Assembly (NCBI RefSeq): GCF_001194135.2 | Contig: NC_068997.1 | Span: forward strand, 29,521,505 to 29,563,748 | Direction of reading: 5' to 3' | DNA length: 42,244 bases | From: Octopus bimaculoides | Taxonomy: Eukaryota | Part shown: positions 1 to 10,540 of the stretch, one piece after another | Layout of the letters: the number at the start of each line of letters is the position of its first letter | Numbering within the stretch: position 1 is the stretch's first letter | Position numbers and translations under genes: made by a program | Notes under the pieces: model-generated | What the model saw: only the letters and a program-made list of their open reading frames with translations | Told to the model about the DNA's origin: nothing | Databases searched by the model: none

Positions 1-938
1 CACCATTGCTTGACAACCGATGTACATCTGATTACGTCTTTGTAACTTAGTGGTTCGGCAAAAAATACTGACAGAATAAGTACTAGGCTTGCAAAGAATA
101 AGTCCAGAGGTTGATTTATTCAACTAATGGGTGGTGCTCCAGCATGGCCACAGTCAAATGACTGAAACAAGTAAAAGAATACAAGAATACAAATCCTAAT
201 AAAATTTAATGAGAAAAAAAGGATCTTTTAAACATGGAAAGGCTAAGAGGGTTCAGCTGAGTGAAATAGGAATCAGAAAGGGTCCACAGGGGGAAAAGAT
301 GGCTGAGGACCACTGCCTTGGGCTGTAACAGCTGTGGTGATCAAGTGATAACATTTTATTTTTTAAGACAATGAGCCCACATAATGTGGGTGTAGTTCGA
401 TACAGAGATTAGATACGTAAAACATGGGGAAGTGGATCAGTTACTAAACTTTCTAGATTTAACCCCTATGAATGCATTTCATTTAAGACTTTCAACCAGT
501 TGCCCTGGTTTGATAAGGTAGAGCAAATTTGAAGAAATATTTCGTAGCTGAATAAATAATTTGAATACAAACGTCTTCCATAATTCTTAGGAATTGGTGA
601 CAATATCTGTGCAGGAAATATGTCTGCATTGTGGGGGTATATACCCTAATAACTAAGCCACTGAATCTAAAACAACAAATGTTAATAAAAAACACAAACT
701 GTGAAATCATTAAAAATCCAACAGAAAAATAAGTATCAAGTGAAGATTATATTAGTCAAATGAAAGACAAAACAAACATTTCTGTTTGTAAACAGAACCA
801 AGCAGGAAATTGTACCAGAAAAAGGGAAGGAAAAGAAAAAGGAGAGGTTATATGGAAAATCACAAAGTGATCGAGGACGTAAGTAGGTTTAGTAAAAACT
901 TGAGTAAAATCATTAACTTCTCCAAAACAACTACTTAC

Positions 939-965
939 TATTTCCAACTCAGATTCATCGAATTC
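939..965 (-). CDS. Candidate 27-nt Spire microexon (EFDESELEI)
   Basis: caAG acceptor preceded by ~114 nt with no AG, GTAAGT donor, phase 0-0 matching the upstream exon. No homology support. Confidence 0.4.
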
Positions 966-2232
966 CTTGATCAAAAGATAATTTATTAAAGAAATAAATG
1001 TTGAAGAGGTGACAGTGAATGAATAAAATTTTACACACACAAACATATTCACCCACAAAAGCACACAAATAAAGAGACACACTGATTAACAAAAATTTTA
1101 AAACACTCTCACACGAGGTAGGCCTAGTTGTGGAGAAGTTCAGGTTGATAAAATAATTTTGACAAGACATTCAAACAAGCTGATAAAGTTAATTTTCAAT
1201 CAATTTACATCAATACAGATCATAAATAAAAGACCATTTTATAGAATGGTCATCTATTTATACACATTCTAGCTTCTTATTTAGGATGCAGGTGATAACC
1301 ATTTTTATTGAATTGGCAGAAAGCTTGTTGGGGAACAAGTTGAACATTACGGTTCTGGAAGTTTCACATAATCAAATGAGATTTCAAGAGAGGAGTTATT
1401 TGTCTAAGGAAAGATTGTGCAAAGAAACATTGGAGAATGTTAAAAAGATTTAGCACTGAAAGTGAGGTGCAGAACAAGGAGAAGGGCACAGCTATATTTT
1501 TAAATCTTGTCATATTAAGCAAACTTTGGGAATGGTTTCACTTCGGTACATCTAAGAAGCACTTCACAGAACCAGCTGCTGCATGATAGGCTATGAAGTT
1601 TGTTCTCAGAACAGTCTGAAATAAACATTCTTATTCTTAAGCATTTGATTGATTATCTTTGCTATAAGTCTGTACAAATTCCCTTTAATGTGGTCCTTCA
1701 ACTAGCAAACACCTATAATGAGGTTATGCTCATTTTCCAAAGAGGATTTGGTTCTCTTCCAAGTTTGCACTTTTGCCAAGAATAAACAGGACATAGACAA
1801 ATGTGGTTGAGAAGTTTGCTTCCCAACCACATGGTTTCAGGTTCAGTTCCACTGTGATGGCCTTGGGCAAGTGTCTCCTACTATAGCCCTAGGCCAACCA
1901 AAGTCTTGTGAGTGAATTTGACAGGCAGAAACTGAAAGAAGCCCATCATTTGTATGTGTTTGTATCTCCTTGTCATGACAATGCATAATAGTTGTAAATG
2001 AGTGTCACCGTCATACAAGCAGTACCATTTCCAAAAGAGAAAGTCATTCACCAGGGTTAACAAGCATTGCTGAGTTTGGTTGTATAAATCTAATCCTTTG
2101 TGCGTTGTCTGTGCCCTCAAAACCAGATATTTCGGGGTCGTCTCCCTTCCCATTGCCCAGAATTATCAATAACTGACTCTAAAGAAAATATGGTTGAAGG
2201 AAGGCGTGCAAGAAGAGGGATTGTTTACTTAC

Positions 2233-2576
2233 AGACAGTGGATGATAATCTTTGTATGGTAAGCTACGTTGGTGCTCTTTGGTGTGAGTAGACGAACTAG
2301 TCCAACTTACATGCATTACGTTTGATTTCGTAGAATGATCTACGTGTAGATTCCGGTCACTAGTCGTTGGGGAATTTCCAGCAGATCTTGAAATGTTTTC
2401 AGAACTGCTGAGGCTTTTTACAAGATTTCCATCGTCGGGAGACTCTTCTAATTCACTGATCATTTGAAGGGTTTCAAATATTGGTGAAGTTTTTGCTTCA
2501 GTTGGAGACTCGCATACCATGATGGTATGCCGTCGAATTAGCTTGGCATTTTTATCTGTGGAATGGTCTTGTTTCC
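2233..2576 (-). CDS. spir: Spire Ser-rich linker exon (KQDHSTDKNAKLIRRHTIMVCESPT...RSLPYKDYHPLS); alternative donor at 2311
   Basis: Acceptor ttgcatttttAG, phase 1. Contains RRHTIMVCESPT, similar to Spire RRHSIEKETPT. Overlaps ORF 2179..2520. Two GTAAGT donors in phase 0. Confidence 0.85.
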
Positions 2577-2871
2577 CTAAAAATGCAATTAAGAAATTAG
2601 ATAAATTATAAAAAACAATTAAAATTTTTAATATTGATAAATTATTTCTTTATACTCTTTGCCTGATCATCAAAACCAGGCTACATACCCTACTTTAGCT
2701 TTTGACAACCATTTGTCACTTGCAGGTTTTTAATGGGCTGATCACTGATTTACAATATTTGTGGCACTGAGTGAAGAAAGATCATCTGAAGAATCGTGCA
2801 GAAAAAATACACAAGGAACTGTGGTTGAGGAGTGTTGGGTTTTCAATTTTTTTGATGTCCACATTTTTTAT

Positions 2872-3272
2872 CAAGTGCAGGCATGGCCGTGCTTCCCAAC
2901 CACATGGTGCCAGGTTCAGTCCCACTGAATGGCACTTTGGGTAGGTGTCTTCTACTATAGCCCAAGGTCGACCAAAGCCTTGTGAGTGGATTTGGTAGAT
3001 GGACACTGAAAGAAACCTGTTGTATGTGTATGTATGTATGTATATATATATGTGTGCGTGTGTGTGTGTGTGTATGCATGTGTTTGTTCCCTCCACCGTC
3101 ACTTGACAACTGATGTTGGTATGTTTATGTACCCGTAACTTAGTGGTTTGGCAAAAGAGACCGATAGAATAAGTACTAGGCTTACAAAGAATAAGTCCTG
3201 AGGTCGATTTGTTTGACTAAAAGTGGTGCTCCAGTATGGCCACAGTCAAATAAGTGAAACAAGTAATAGAAT
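2872..3272 (+). mobile_element. tRNA-derived SINE family A, near-full copy with internal (TG)n/(TA)n. Further copies or fragments at about 1-190, 1787-2035, 9530-9627, 22655-22790, 23325-23640, 35160-35425 (-), 36290-36445 (-), 39477-39815, 41565-42010
   Basis: A/B-box head (gcttcccaaccacatggt...ggttcagtcccactg), core ggcaccttgggcaagtgtcttctactatagcc and a shared tail ending gactgaaacaagtaaaagaat, recurring many times. Confidence 0.8.
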
Positions 3273-3341
3273 ACATCAGTGCAAGATATATACACAACAC
3301 ACACCTGTGTATGCTTGAATGTGTGGGAATGTTACTTATTA

Positions 3342-4412
3342 CATCATCATCATCGTTTAACGTCCGCTTTCCATGCTAGCATGGGTTGGACGATTTGACT
3401 GAGGACTGGTGAAACCGGATGGCAACACCAGGCTCCAGTCTGATTTGGCAGAGTTTCTACAGCTGGATGCCCTTCCTAACGCCAACCACTCAGAGAGTGT
3501 AGTGGGTGCTTTTACGTGTCACCCGCACGAAAACGGCCACGCTCGAAATGGTGTCTTTTATGTGCCACCCGCACAAGNNNNNNNNNNNNNNNNNNNNNNN
3601 NNNNNNNNNNNNNNNNNNNNNNNNNNNNNNNNNNNNNNNNNNNNNNNNNNNNNNNNNNNNNNNNNNNNNNNNNNNNNNNNNNNNNNNNNNNNNNNNNNNN
3701 NNNNNNNNNNNNNNNNNNNNNNNNNNNNNNNNNNNNNNNNNNNNNNNNNNNNNNNNNNNNNNNNNNNNNNNNNNNNNNNNNNNNNNNNNNNNNNNNNNNN
3801 NNNNNNNNNNNNNNNNNNNNNNNNNNNNNNNNNNNNNNNNNNNNNNNNNNNNNNNNNNNNNNNNNNNNNNNNNNNNNNNNNNNNNNNNNNNNNNNNNNNN
3901 NNNNNNNNNNNNNNNNNNNNNNNNNNNNNNNNNNNNNNNNNNNNNNNNNNNNNNNNNNNNNNNNNNNNNNNNNNNNNNNNNNNNNNNNNNNNNNNNNNNN
4001 NNNNNNNNNNNNNNNNNNNNNNNNNNNNNNNNNNNNNNNNNNNNNNNNNNNNNNNNNNNNNNNNNNNNNNTCCATTCTCACCACATGTCCATACCAGCGC
4101 AATCGTCTCTCTTGCACGCCACAACTGATGCTTCTAATGTTCAGCTTTTCTCTCAAGATACTTACACTCTGACGGGTATTCACATTGACATTACACATCC
4201 AACGGAGCATACTGGCTTCATTCCTTGCGAGCTTACGTATGTCCTCAGCAGTTACAGCCCATGTTTCACTGCCATGTAGCATGGTTGTTCGTACGCATGC
4301 GTCATACAGTCTGCCTTTTACTCTGAGTGAGAGTCCCTTTGTCGCCAGCAGGGGTAAGAGCTCTCTAAACTTTGCCCAGGCTATTCTTATTCTAGCAGCT
4401 ACACTTTCAAAT
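3342..4412 (-). mobile_element. 5'-truncated RTE-clade LINE (end of ORF plus 3' UTR with (GAT)n tail), interrupted by an N gap
   Basis: Uninterrupted RTE-like translation RIRIAWAKFRELLPLL...MLHGSETW...RRLRWYGHVVRM at 4071-4412. 3342-3577 is the shared 3' tail ending in gatgatgatg. Confidence 0.9.
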
Positions 4413-4613
4413 CTGAGCAAAATAGTAGTAGTGATGTTTACACTGCATTATCATTATAACTGGTCTCAGTAACTTTGACAATCTGTAGAATATTGGAATC
4501 CCTTATTTGAAAAACAGATGGCGATTGGTGACAAGCATCTGAGTGTAAAATCTTGCCTAAAAATTAATTTCCATCCAAACCATACTAGAGTACAAAATAC
4601 AGGTGTTAAATGA

Positions 4614-4645
<32 letters not shown>

Positions 4646-4810
4646 NNNNNNNNNNCGTGAGAATTAGAGGTTGGGAAGCAAACCAACTAAGGGATAGTAC
4701 CTATCCAATATACTGCTGCTAGTGTGCCCAATTATTAATTTCCAAGTGCTGGTTATTGCATAGCAATTTCGCAATTGGGCAGGGGTAAAAAGTGGTTTAC
4801 CCTTAATTTA

Positions 4811-5092
4811 TATGGCAAAAAGAAAATGGAGGGGATACAAAAATGACATACATCATCTGGTAGACATTCTATTATGTCTGTTTATTCCAAAACAAAAGGA
4901 ACTGATCTTTTAATCTTTTACTCTTTTATGTATAACTATTATTACTAGTATATATTTGTGTAGCACACAGTCTTTGCATTGTGTATCTGTTCTTATAATA
5001 CTCCCTTATGTTTTGGAATAAACAGACTTATAGAATGTCTACCAGATGATGTATGTCATTTTTGTATCCCCTCCATTTTCTTTTTTGCCATA
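4811..5092. mobile_element. TA-flanked foldback MITE with ~86-bp inverted arms
   Basis: 4813-4898 is a near-perfect reverse complement of 5004-5090, with a ~100-bp spacer. Confidence 0.75.
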
Positions 5093-5106
5093 TATATATA
5101 TATATA

Positions 5107-5268
5107 TCTTAATATATAAAGCTGAAGTTGTGTGTCTGTGTGTACATTTTTACATCATAAGGGTTTTTTCATTGTAAGGCTTTCTTTTTTAGTTGATTTT
5201 CACCTAGCAAGACTTATCATAGATGGCATAATAAGTCACATCTGAACAACGTCGGGTTATACTGCTAG
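5107..5268 (+). mobile_element. Non-autonomous mini-Helitron
   Basis: Begins TC (TCttaatatataaa), ends aacgtcgggttatactgCTAG, sits between host A and T, no TSD. Confidence 0.7.
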
Positions 5269-5500
5269 TATATATATAAGCTTCTGAACAGTTTCCATTT
5301 ACCAAAGTCTGCTCAAGGTATCAGTCAACCTGAATCTATTGGAAAAGATTCTTGCCCAAGGCACTGTGTAACAGTTTTTAATCCATTTGTTCCAAAAACA
5401 AAAATCCAACTCATAAATGAAAACATCAAAAAATGGAAGTAAAACAAAATTTTTTAAAAGTACAAAAATTTCAAAATATGAAACTTAAAATAATTTTCAC

Positions 5501-5564
5501 CTTGTCTCTTGACAGTGTCTTTATTTTCAGATCCTTCTCGACAAGATAATTCTTCATCATCAGC
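5501..5564 (-). CDS. spir: Spire exon (ADDEELSCREGSENKDTVKRQ)
   Basis: Acceptor tttttctctccctAG, donor GTgaaa, 64 nt, phase 0-1. Continues the acidic run after the Spir-box and is frame-consistent on both sides. Confidence 0.82.
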
Positions 5565-5900
5565 CTAGGGAGAGAAAAATACATCCAAATGAACAACACC
5601 TTAATATAACCATGAAAGAAAAAGTACTTGAGATTTCTGAGCTGCTTTGACTGAAACAGAGTTTCAACACTCCCGCCCCCACCATCTTTTACAAAAATTC
5701 AATAACATCAATTCAAACAAACAGTTACTAATTAGAGCATCACCATAGCTGAATTTATTTGAATGAACCATGTATTAGACAATTCAACAAATACAGTGAA
5801 GGCTGTGTTTCTCCAATGAATTTCGTTGATTACTGAAACATGTCCAAACATGCATTTCGTAATTGTCAGAAGAATGAAAGTTTTAGTCATTGATTAATAT

Positions 5901-6166
5901 TATTTACATTTGACGGGCATATAGTGTAGTGGTTAAGAGCTCAGGCCACTAACCCCAAGATTCCAAGTTCGATTGCAGGCAATGACCTGAATAATAGTAA
6001 TAACATCGAAAAATACCTTAGGAATGAGAACCCAGGTTCAAAATTTCCCCAAGACACTTGATGAAGGATCAGCCGAAACGTTGTGTTAACAACAAACAAG
6101 ATGAGGACAAATATCCACCAAATGTAAATAATGTACATAATTCCACATCTCTTAAATATAAAACTG
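5901..6166 (+). mobile_element. tRNA-headed short retroposon with Penelope-type hammerhead-bearing tail, copy 1
   Basis: A-box TAGTGTAGTGGTTAAGAGC and B-box GTTCGATT in a tRNA-like head whose T-arm resembles tRNA-Arg. Then an AT spacer and a tail with TGATGA..GAAAC. The 5' end is an inverted copy of part of the tail. Confidence 0.75.
6053..6087 (+). ncRNA. Degenerate minimal hammerhead motif (stem I intact, C3>U, shortened stem II)
   Basis: GACAC UUGAUGA A GG-aucag-CC GAAAC GUU GUGUU. GACAC pairs with GUGUU. Confidence 0.6.
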
Positions 6167-6362
6167 TATTATTAAATATTGTTTTACTATTCTTCACTTC
6201 ATATTTATTTCTAGTTAAAATACTTCATACACGTGGGATTATTATTATAACTATATTACCTTACCTGTGTATCACATAGTTTTAAAAAAATATGGAAATT
6301 GTAAAATGCTTGTGCATTGTAATGAAAAGGATACAAACTAGTGCAATTTAGACATCACTTAC

Positions 6363-6472
6363 CTCAAAACTGTTATCAAGAATCAGGTTGAAATCTGGTT
6401 TTATAACTCTGCGTACAGGTAAAGGACTCTCTTCGTCATCATCGATATTCAGTTTAGTACGAGATGTTTCAA
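6363..6472 (-). CDS. spir: Spire exon with Spir-box-like segment (ETSRTKLNIDDDEESPLPVRRVIKPDFNLILDNSFE)
   Basis: Acceptor tttctattcacAG, donor GTaagt, 110 nt, phase 1-0. Basic-hydrophobic-acidic pattern at the Spir-box position. Confidence 0.85.
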
Positions 6473-7350
6473 CTGTGAATAGAAACATATTTAAGTATTC
6501 TCAAATCTATCTTGTTTATCTATCAACAAACATCTTCAAATAAAATTTGCACATGAGAAGAAAGGATATCTCCTTTATAATTTAATAACTACGCAGTTTT
6601 CTTCTATGGATGATTCAATCAACGACACCTGTCCTCCAAATTGATGACCTTATGTTAATATTTTTTTTTTAACTTTCAAATAGCCCATGTATGAAATATA
6701 CAGACTAGTTTTAACTTTTATACAATTACTGGTCTAAGCTGCAAGCCTTTAGCATCTGGATGAAGGTTTAGTTGTTCAGTATTTTTCACTAATTGGCACC
6801 AATACCATTGAGTCGTGCACTGGGTGGATAAATACAAGTCAAAGCTGTACTCTCTCTGTCTCTCTCAGGCAGATCTCAGCCAGAATAAGGAATTGGCAGA
6901 GAAGCCAGTCATACCTCTCAACCATGCATTGGTTTTACACATGAGATTCAAACGCATCCTATTTCTTTCTCCCACAAAACTCAGCCAGAACAAAGAATCC
7001 ACAAAACTGGTCATTTCTTACTCTGAATATACAAGACTCTTATCAATTGAAACGAAATATTAATTGCTGTATCTCTCTTCTACTAGATTCTCAACAACAT
7101 TTGTTATTCACACTACATAGAACTTGGCTTTCTAGAACACATGAAATAAACTGGTGAGCTGACTTTTATAACACATTCATATGAACAACACCACTTCCAC
7201 AACAAACTTTCATTTGAATCTTGTTTTATGAATGTTGTAATTGAACTCTTCTGTCTGAATGTCATTGAATGAACATTTTGAAGTATAAACCCCCACACAC
7301 AGAGTTTATCTTCATTGAATTAGAGTACCACTCTAAGCGTTGTCACTCAC

Positions 7351-7404
7351 ATCCATATTCTACAAGTTGACCATTTTGTACTTGAAAGTGGGGGAGGTCA
7401 ATCT
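7351..7404 (-). CDS. spir: Spire small exon (EIDLPHFQVQNGQLVEYG)
   Basis: Acceptor ttttattcttgaAG, donor GTgagt, 54 nt, phase 1-1, open and in frame with both neighbours. No motif-level support. Confidence 0.65.
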
Positions 7405-7989
7405 CTTCAAGAATAAAATTTTGTTTGTGGAAATATTTTTTTTTACAACTGTATTATGAATCTCTTTTCAACATTCTTATTTTTGTAGTTCTTAAAAATT
7501 AGTTTCTTCACTGTAGCTTTTGTAAGTTTTGTCTTTAGAAGGTTTAAATAATAAAAATATTACAATATCATACAAAATACTATGGTAAAATACAAAACTT
7601 ATAACAGAAAAAGCTTAGAGAACGTAAAAATACATGTCTTTAAAGAACTTAGATCAAAATTGCATCAGTTGAAATATTGCCTCCACCAAAAGACAAAATA
7701 ATATACAATGTATTTGATCCAATGAAATTTAAATAAATACATTCACAACCAAATTAATGACTAAAACAAATATAGAATATAATAAATGAATATTGAAATC
7801 ATTTTCAAAGACTTGATTTTCCATTTACTAAAACTGCACAAAGGAAATAAAAGCTCCAAGGGAAATCACTATTTTTACTTTCAATTGTCTCCCTTACATA
7901 GTCACCATAATTATAGGAAAAACATTAAGGTAGAGTGAGGACAAGAAGCAATGTTAAGACAGAATCCAAAATGGTTATTATTTAGCATC

Positions 7990-8260
7990 AGGTTTGGCAT
8001 TATGCTGTGCTTGAGAAGAAGCCCCATCAAGCCAAGCAAAATCACAGTGGTGACAGATACCCGTGTCGCACAAATGGCACCCATGCCAGTGGCACATAAA
8101 AGCATCCACTCACAGAGTGGTTGGTGTTAGGAAGGGCACCCAGCCATAGAAACCATACCAAATCAGACTGGAACCTGGTGCAGTTCTCCAGCTTACCAGC
8201 CCTGGTAAAACCGTCCAACCCATGCCAGCATGGACAACAGACGTTAAATGATGATGATGA
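7990..8260 (+). mobile_element. RTE-type 3' tail fragment
   Basis: ttaggaagggca...ccaacccatgccagcatgga...gttaaatgatgatgatg tail. Confidence 0.7.
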
Positions 8261-8519
8261 CCATTCTTATCTTTAAAGTATAGTGTAGGTAAGACTACAT
8301 CATGCAATGTGTTACCTCAGGGTAACATGTAATTTGAGGGTTATTTATCAATTTCTAGCAGGTTGAGTAAGCAGAACAAAAGGCTCCCTCACTGGATCAT
8401 CAGTATTACAGTTTTGAAGAGCAGATGAATCCTTTCAATTAAATATTGGCCCTTACTGGAACTCATCTGAATATTAAAAAAGAAAAGGCCTTTGAAAGAT
8501 AAAATTATTTCAAACTCAG

Positions 8520-8787
8520 TGCTGCCTGACTGGCTCCCGTACCAGTGGAACGTAAAAAGTACCATTCAAGTGTGGTCGATGCCAGTACCGTTTGACTGGC
8601 CCTCGTGCTGGTGGCACGTAAAAAGCACCCACTACACTATCGGAGTGGTTAGCATTAGGAAGGGCATCCAGGTGTAGAAACCTTGCCAGATCAGATTGGA
8701 ACCAGGTGCAGCCTTCTGGTTTGCCAGCCCTCAGTCAAACCTTCCAACCCATGCCAGCATGGAAAGTGGACATTAAATGATGACGAT
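8520..8787 (+). mobile_element. RTE-type 3' tail fragment
   Basis: Two hairpin units plus the shared tail ending in atgatgacgatg. Confidence 0.7.
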
Positions 8788-9984
8788 GTTAGAATGTTTT
8801 TCAGAGAAGATCAGCAAAGCATGCCCTGAAATATAGGGACTGTTTATAGAATAAACCTGTTTATTTGGGGAATAAATCATTCGCATTCTATTGACAAATG
8901 TAATCTGGTTGTTGGAAAACTAACCCCAAATATTAACAAAGCCTTATTAATAGAAGCAGGGTCCAATTACTTGGGAAAATTGGATTGGAAGCAAATACCA
9001 GCTAAAAACAAATATAGCAGACAACAGGCTGAAAGGACACAGATATATTTAGTAAATACCAGAAAGAGTCCTGCTTCTGTATCTAAATTTATTATAGCTA
9101 AGTTCTCAATGAGAACACCAGAATCTAAATGATTAAATCAGATAGTTTACATGCTGCAAACTTCATAAAATTTTCATGTGGAATTCACCTGTTTAATGTA
9201 TATTTTTCTTAATGGAACAGGTTTCCAAATTGTTAAACAATAATCAATCCATTCTACTCATCAATAAATCATCTGAGTTGCTGTTTCATCTGCTGCTATG
9301 GCAACTACAATGGCCTTGGCTCCTTTCAATTCAATAAGCTTTATTGCTCTCTCTCAACCAAAACCATTCAATACATCTGCCTCTCCTCTTACCAACTTCT
9401 TAGACTCCACATTCAGAAATTTGTACAATCCTCTTATCAAGCATGAAATAAATAGATTAGACTCATCTCATTTCATTTAAAAGGCCAGGAACAGTGTTCC
9501 ATCATCTTCAAGAAATAAATTTTAAAATGGAAAACTTATGGCTACATAGTTAAGAATTTCACTTCACAATCACAGACTTTCAAGTTCGGTCCCACTGCAT
9601 GGCACCTTAGGTAAGTGTCTTCTCTTCACATCTTCCCTTCACCTGTGCTCACCATCTGCTCTATTCCCCTTCAACTTCCCTGCTGAATCTCTTCCCTACA
9701 ACATGTCCTCCCCTCCACCCACCCCATTCTCCTTTTGCAATCTTGTGAATTTACCTGCCCTTTCACCCTATCAAAAATTCTTACCCCACTTATACACCCT
9801 CCCCTCTTCCCTATTACATCTTCATCTTCTCCCACTCTCTCCTGCTGAGGTAGCCCTGTATTGCTTCTTCTGCAATACCCCTATTTCTGTCCCTTTATTC
9901 ATACTGTAGCCTCTCACCTGATACAAAGCCATGCACCCACCTCAATTCCATTCCCCCAACTCAGTTGAGGAGTCTTAAGTTAGT

Positions 9985-10187
9985 TGGTGACCTCACTGCT
10001 ACTGGTTCCACATAAAAAGCAACCAACTCTGAAGTGGTTGGCACTAGGAAGGGCATCCACCTGTAGAAACCATGCCAAAGCAGACAATAAAGCTTGGTGC
10101 AATCTTCTGACCTTGCCAGCTCTTGTCAAACCTTCCAACCCATACCAGCATGGGAAATGGATGTTAAATGATGACGATGATGACGAT
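9985..10187 (+). mobile_element. RTE-type 3' tail fragment
   Basis: Shared tail ending in atgatgacgatgatgacgat. Confidence 0.68.
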
Positions 10188-10422
10188 ATAAACAAGTGTT
10201 CACATGTCTGTGCCTGGTTTTGTCCTCAATCTACGACTCAACAACAGGTGTTGGCTTATTTACATCCTTTTAGAGTATCATAGAAATAAGTACCAGACTT
10301 ATTTTTGAAAATATCCAGTGACCGGATAAAAGACACATATGGAACCTAAAATTAAAGATGCTTAATAGAGTCTTTCCAAAACATGCCTGGAAATCAGAAA
10401 TATGATAAACCTCAATAATTAC

Positions 10423-10540
10423 CCAAGACTTTTCCTTCTTTGATTGGGCGAAGTTTTGGTTGAGATCTGATTTCGATGAGAAGCTTTTCATGAGGGTCCG
10501 GTGATCGTGGGGGTAACTTGTTTACAACACGATCTTTCAT
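10423..10540 (-). CDS. spir: Spire exon, linker 3 and WH2-D (MKDRVVNKLPPRSPDPHEKLLIEIRSQPKLRPIKEGKVL)
   Basis: Acceptor cttttcctttcAG, donor GTaatt, 118 nt, phase 0-1. HEKLLIEIR..PKLRP resembles the fourth Spire WH2. Confidence 0.92.

Noticed and set aside
472-710. Possible terminal spire exon (GIYPHNADIFPAQ...EMHS* or ORF 492..710)
   Set aside because: No resemblance to the expected ECLxLT/FYVE-type C-terminus and the acceptor is weak.
796-878. Plus-strand exon-like segment with GTAAGT donor
   Set aside because: Isolated, purine-rich low complexity, with no partner exons or recognisable product.
3409-4279. Long ORFs spanning N runs (also 14866-15420, 17619-17973, 30517-31153)
   Set aside because: Length comes from assembly gaps and microsatellites. 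Only the RTE part at 4071-4412 is real coding-derived sequence.
5914-5987. Functional tRNA gene (also 19690-19745 and 38980-39040)
   Set aside because: Stems are imperfect and the heads run into repeat bodies. These are SINE heads.
8900-9500. Possible coding or LINE remnant on the minus strand
   Set aside because: Translations are stop-ridden with no motif I can name.
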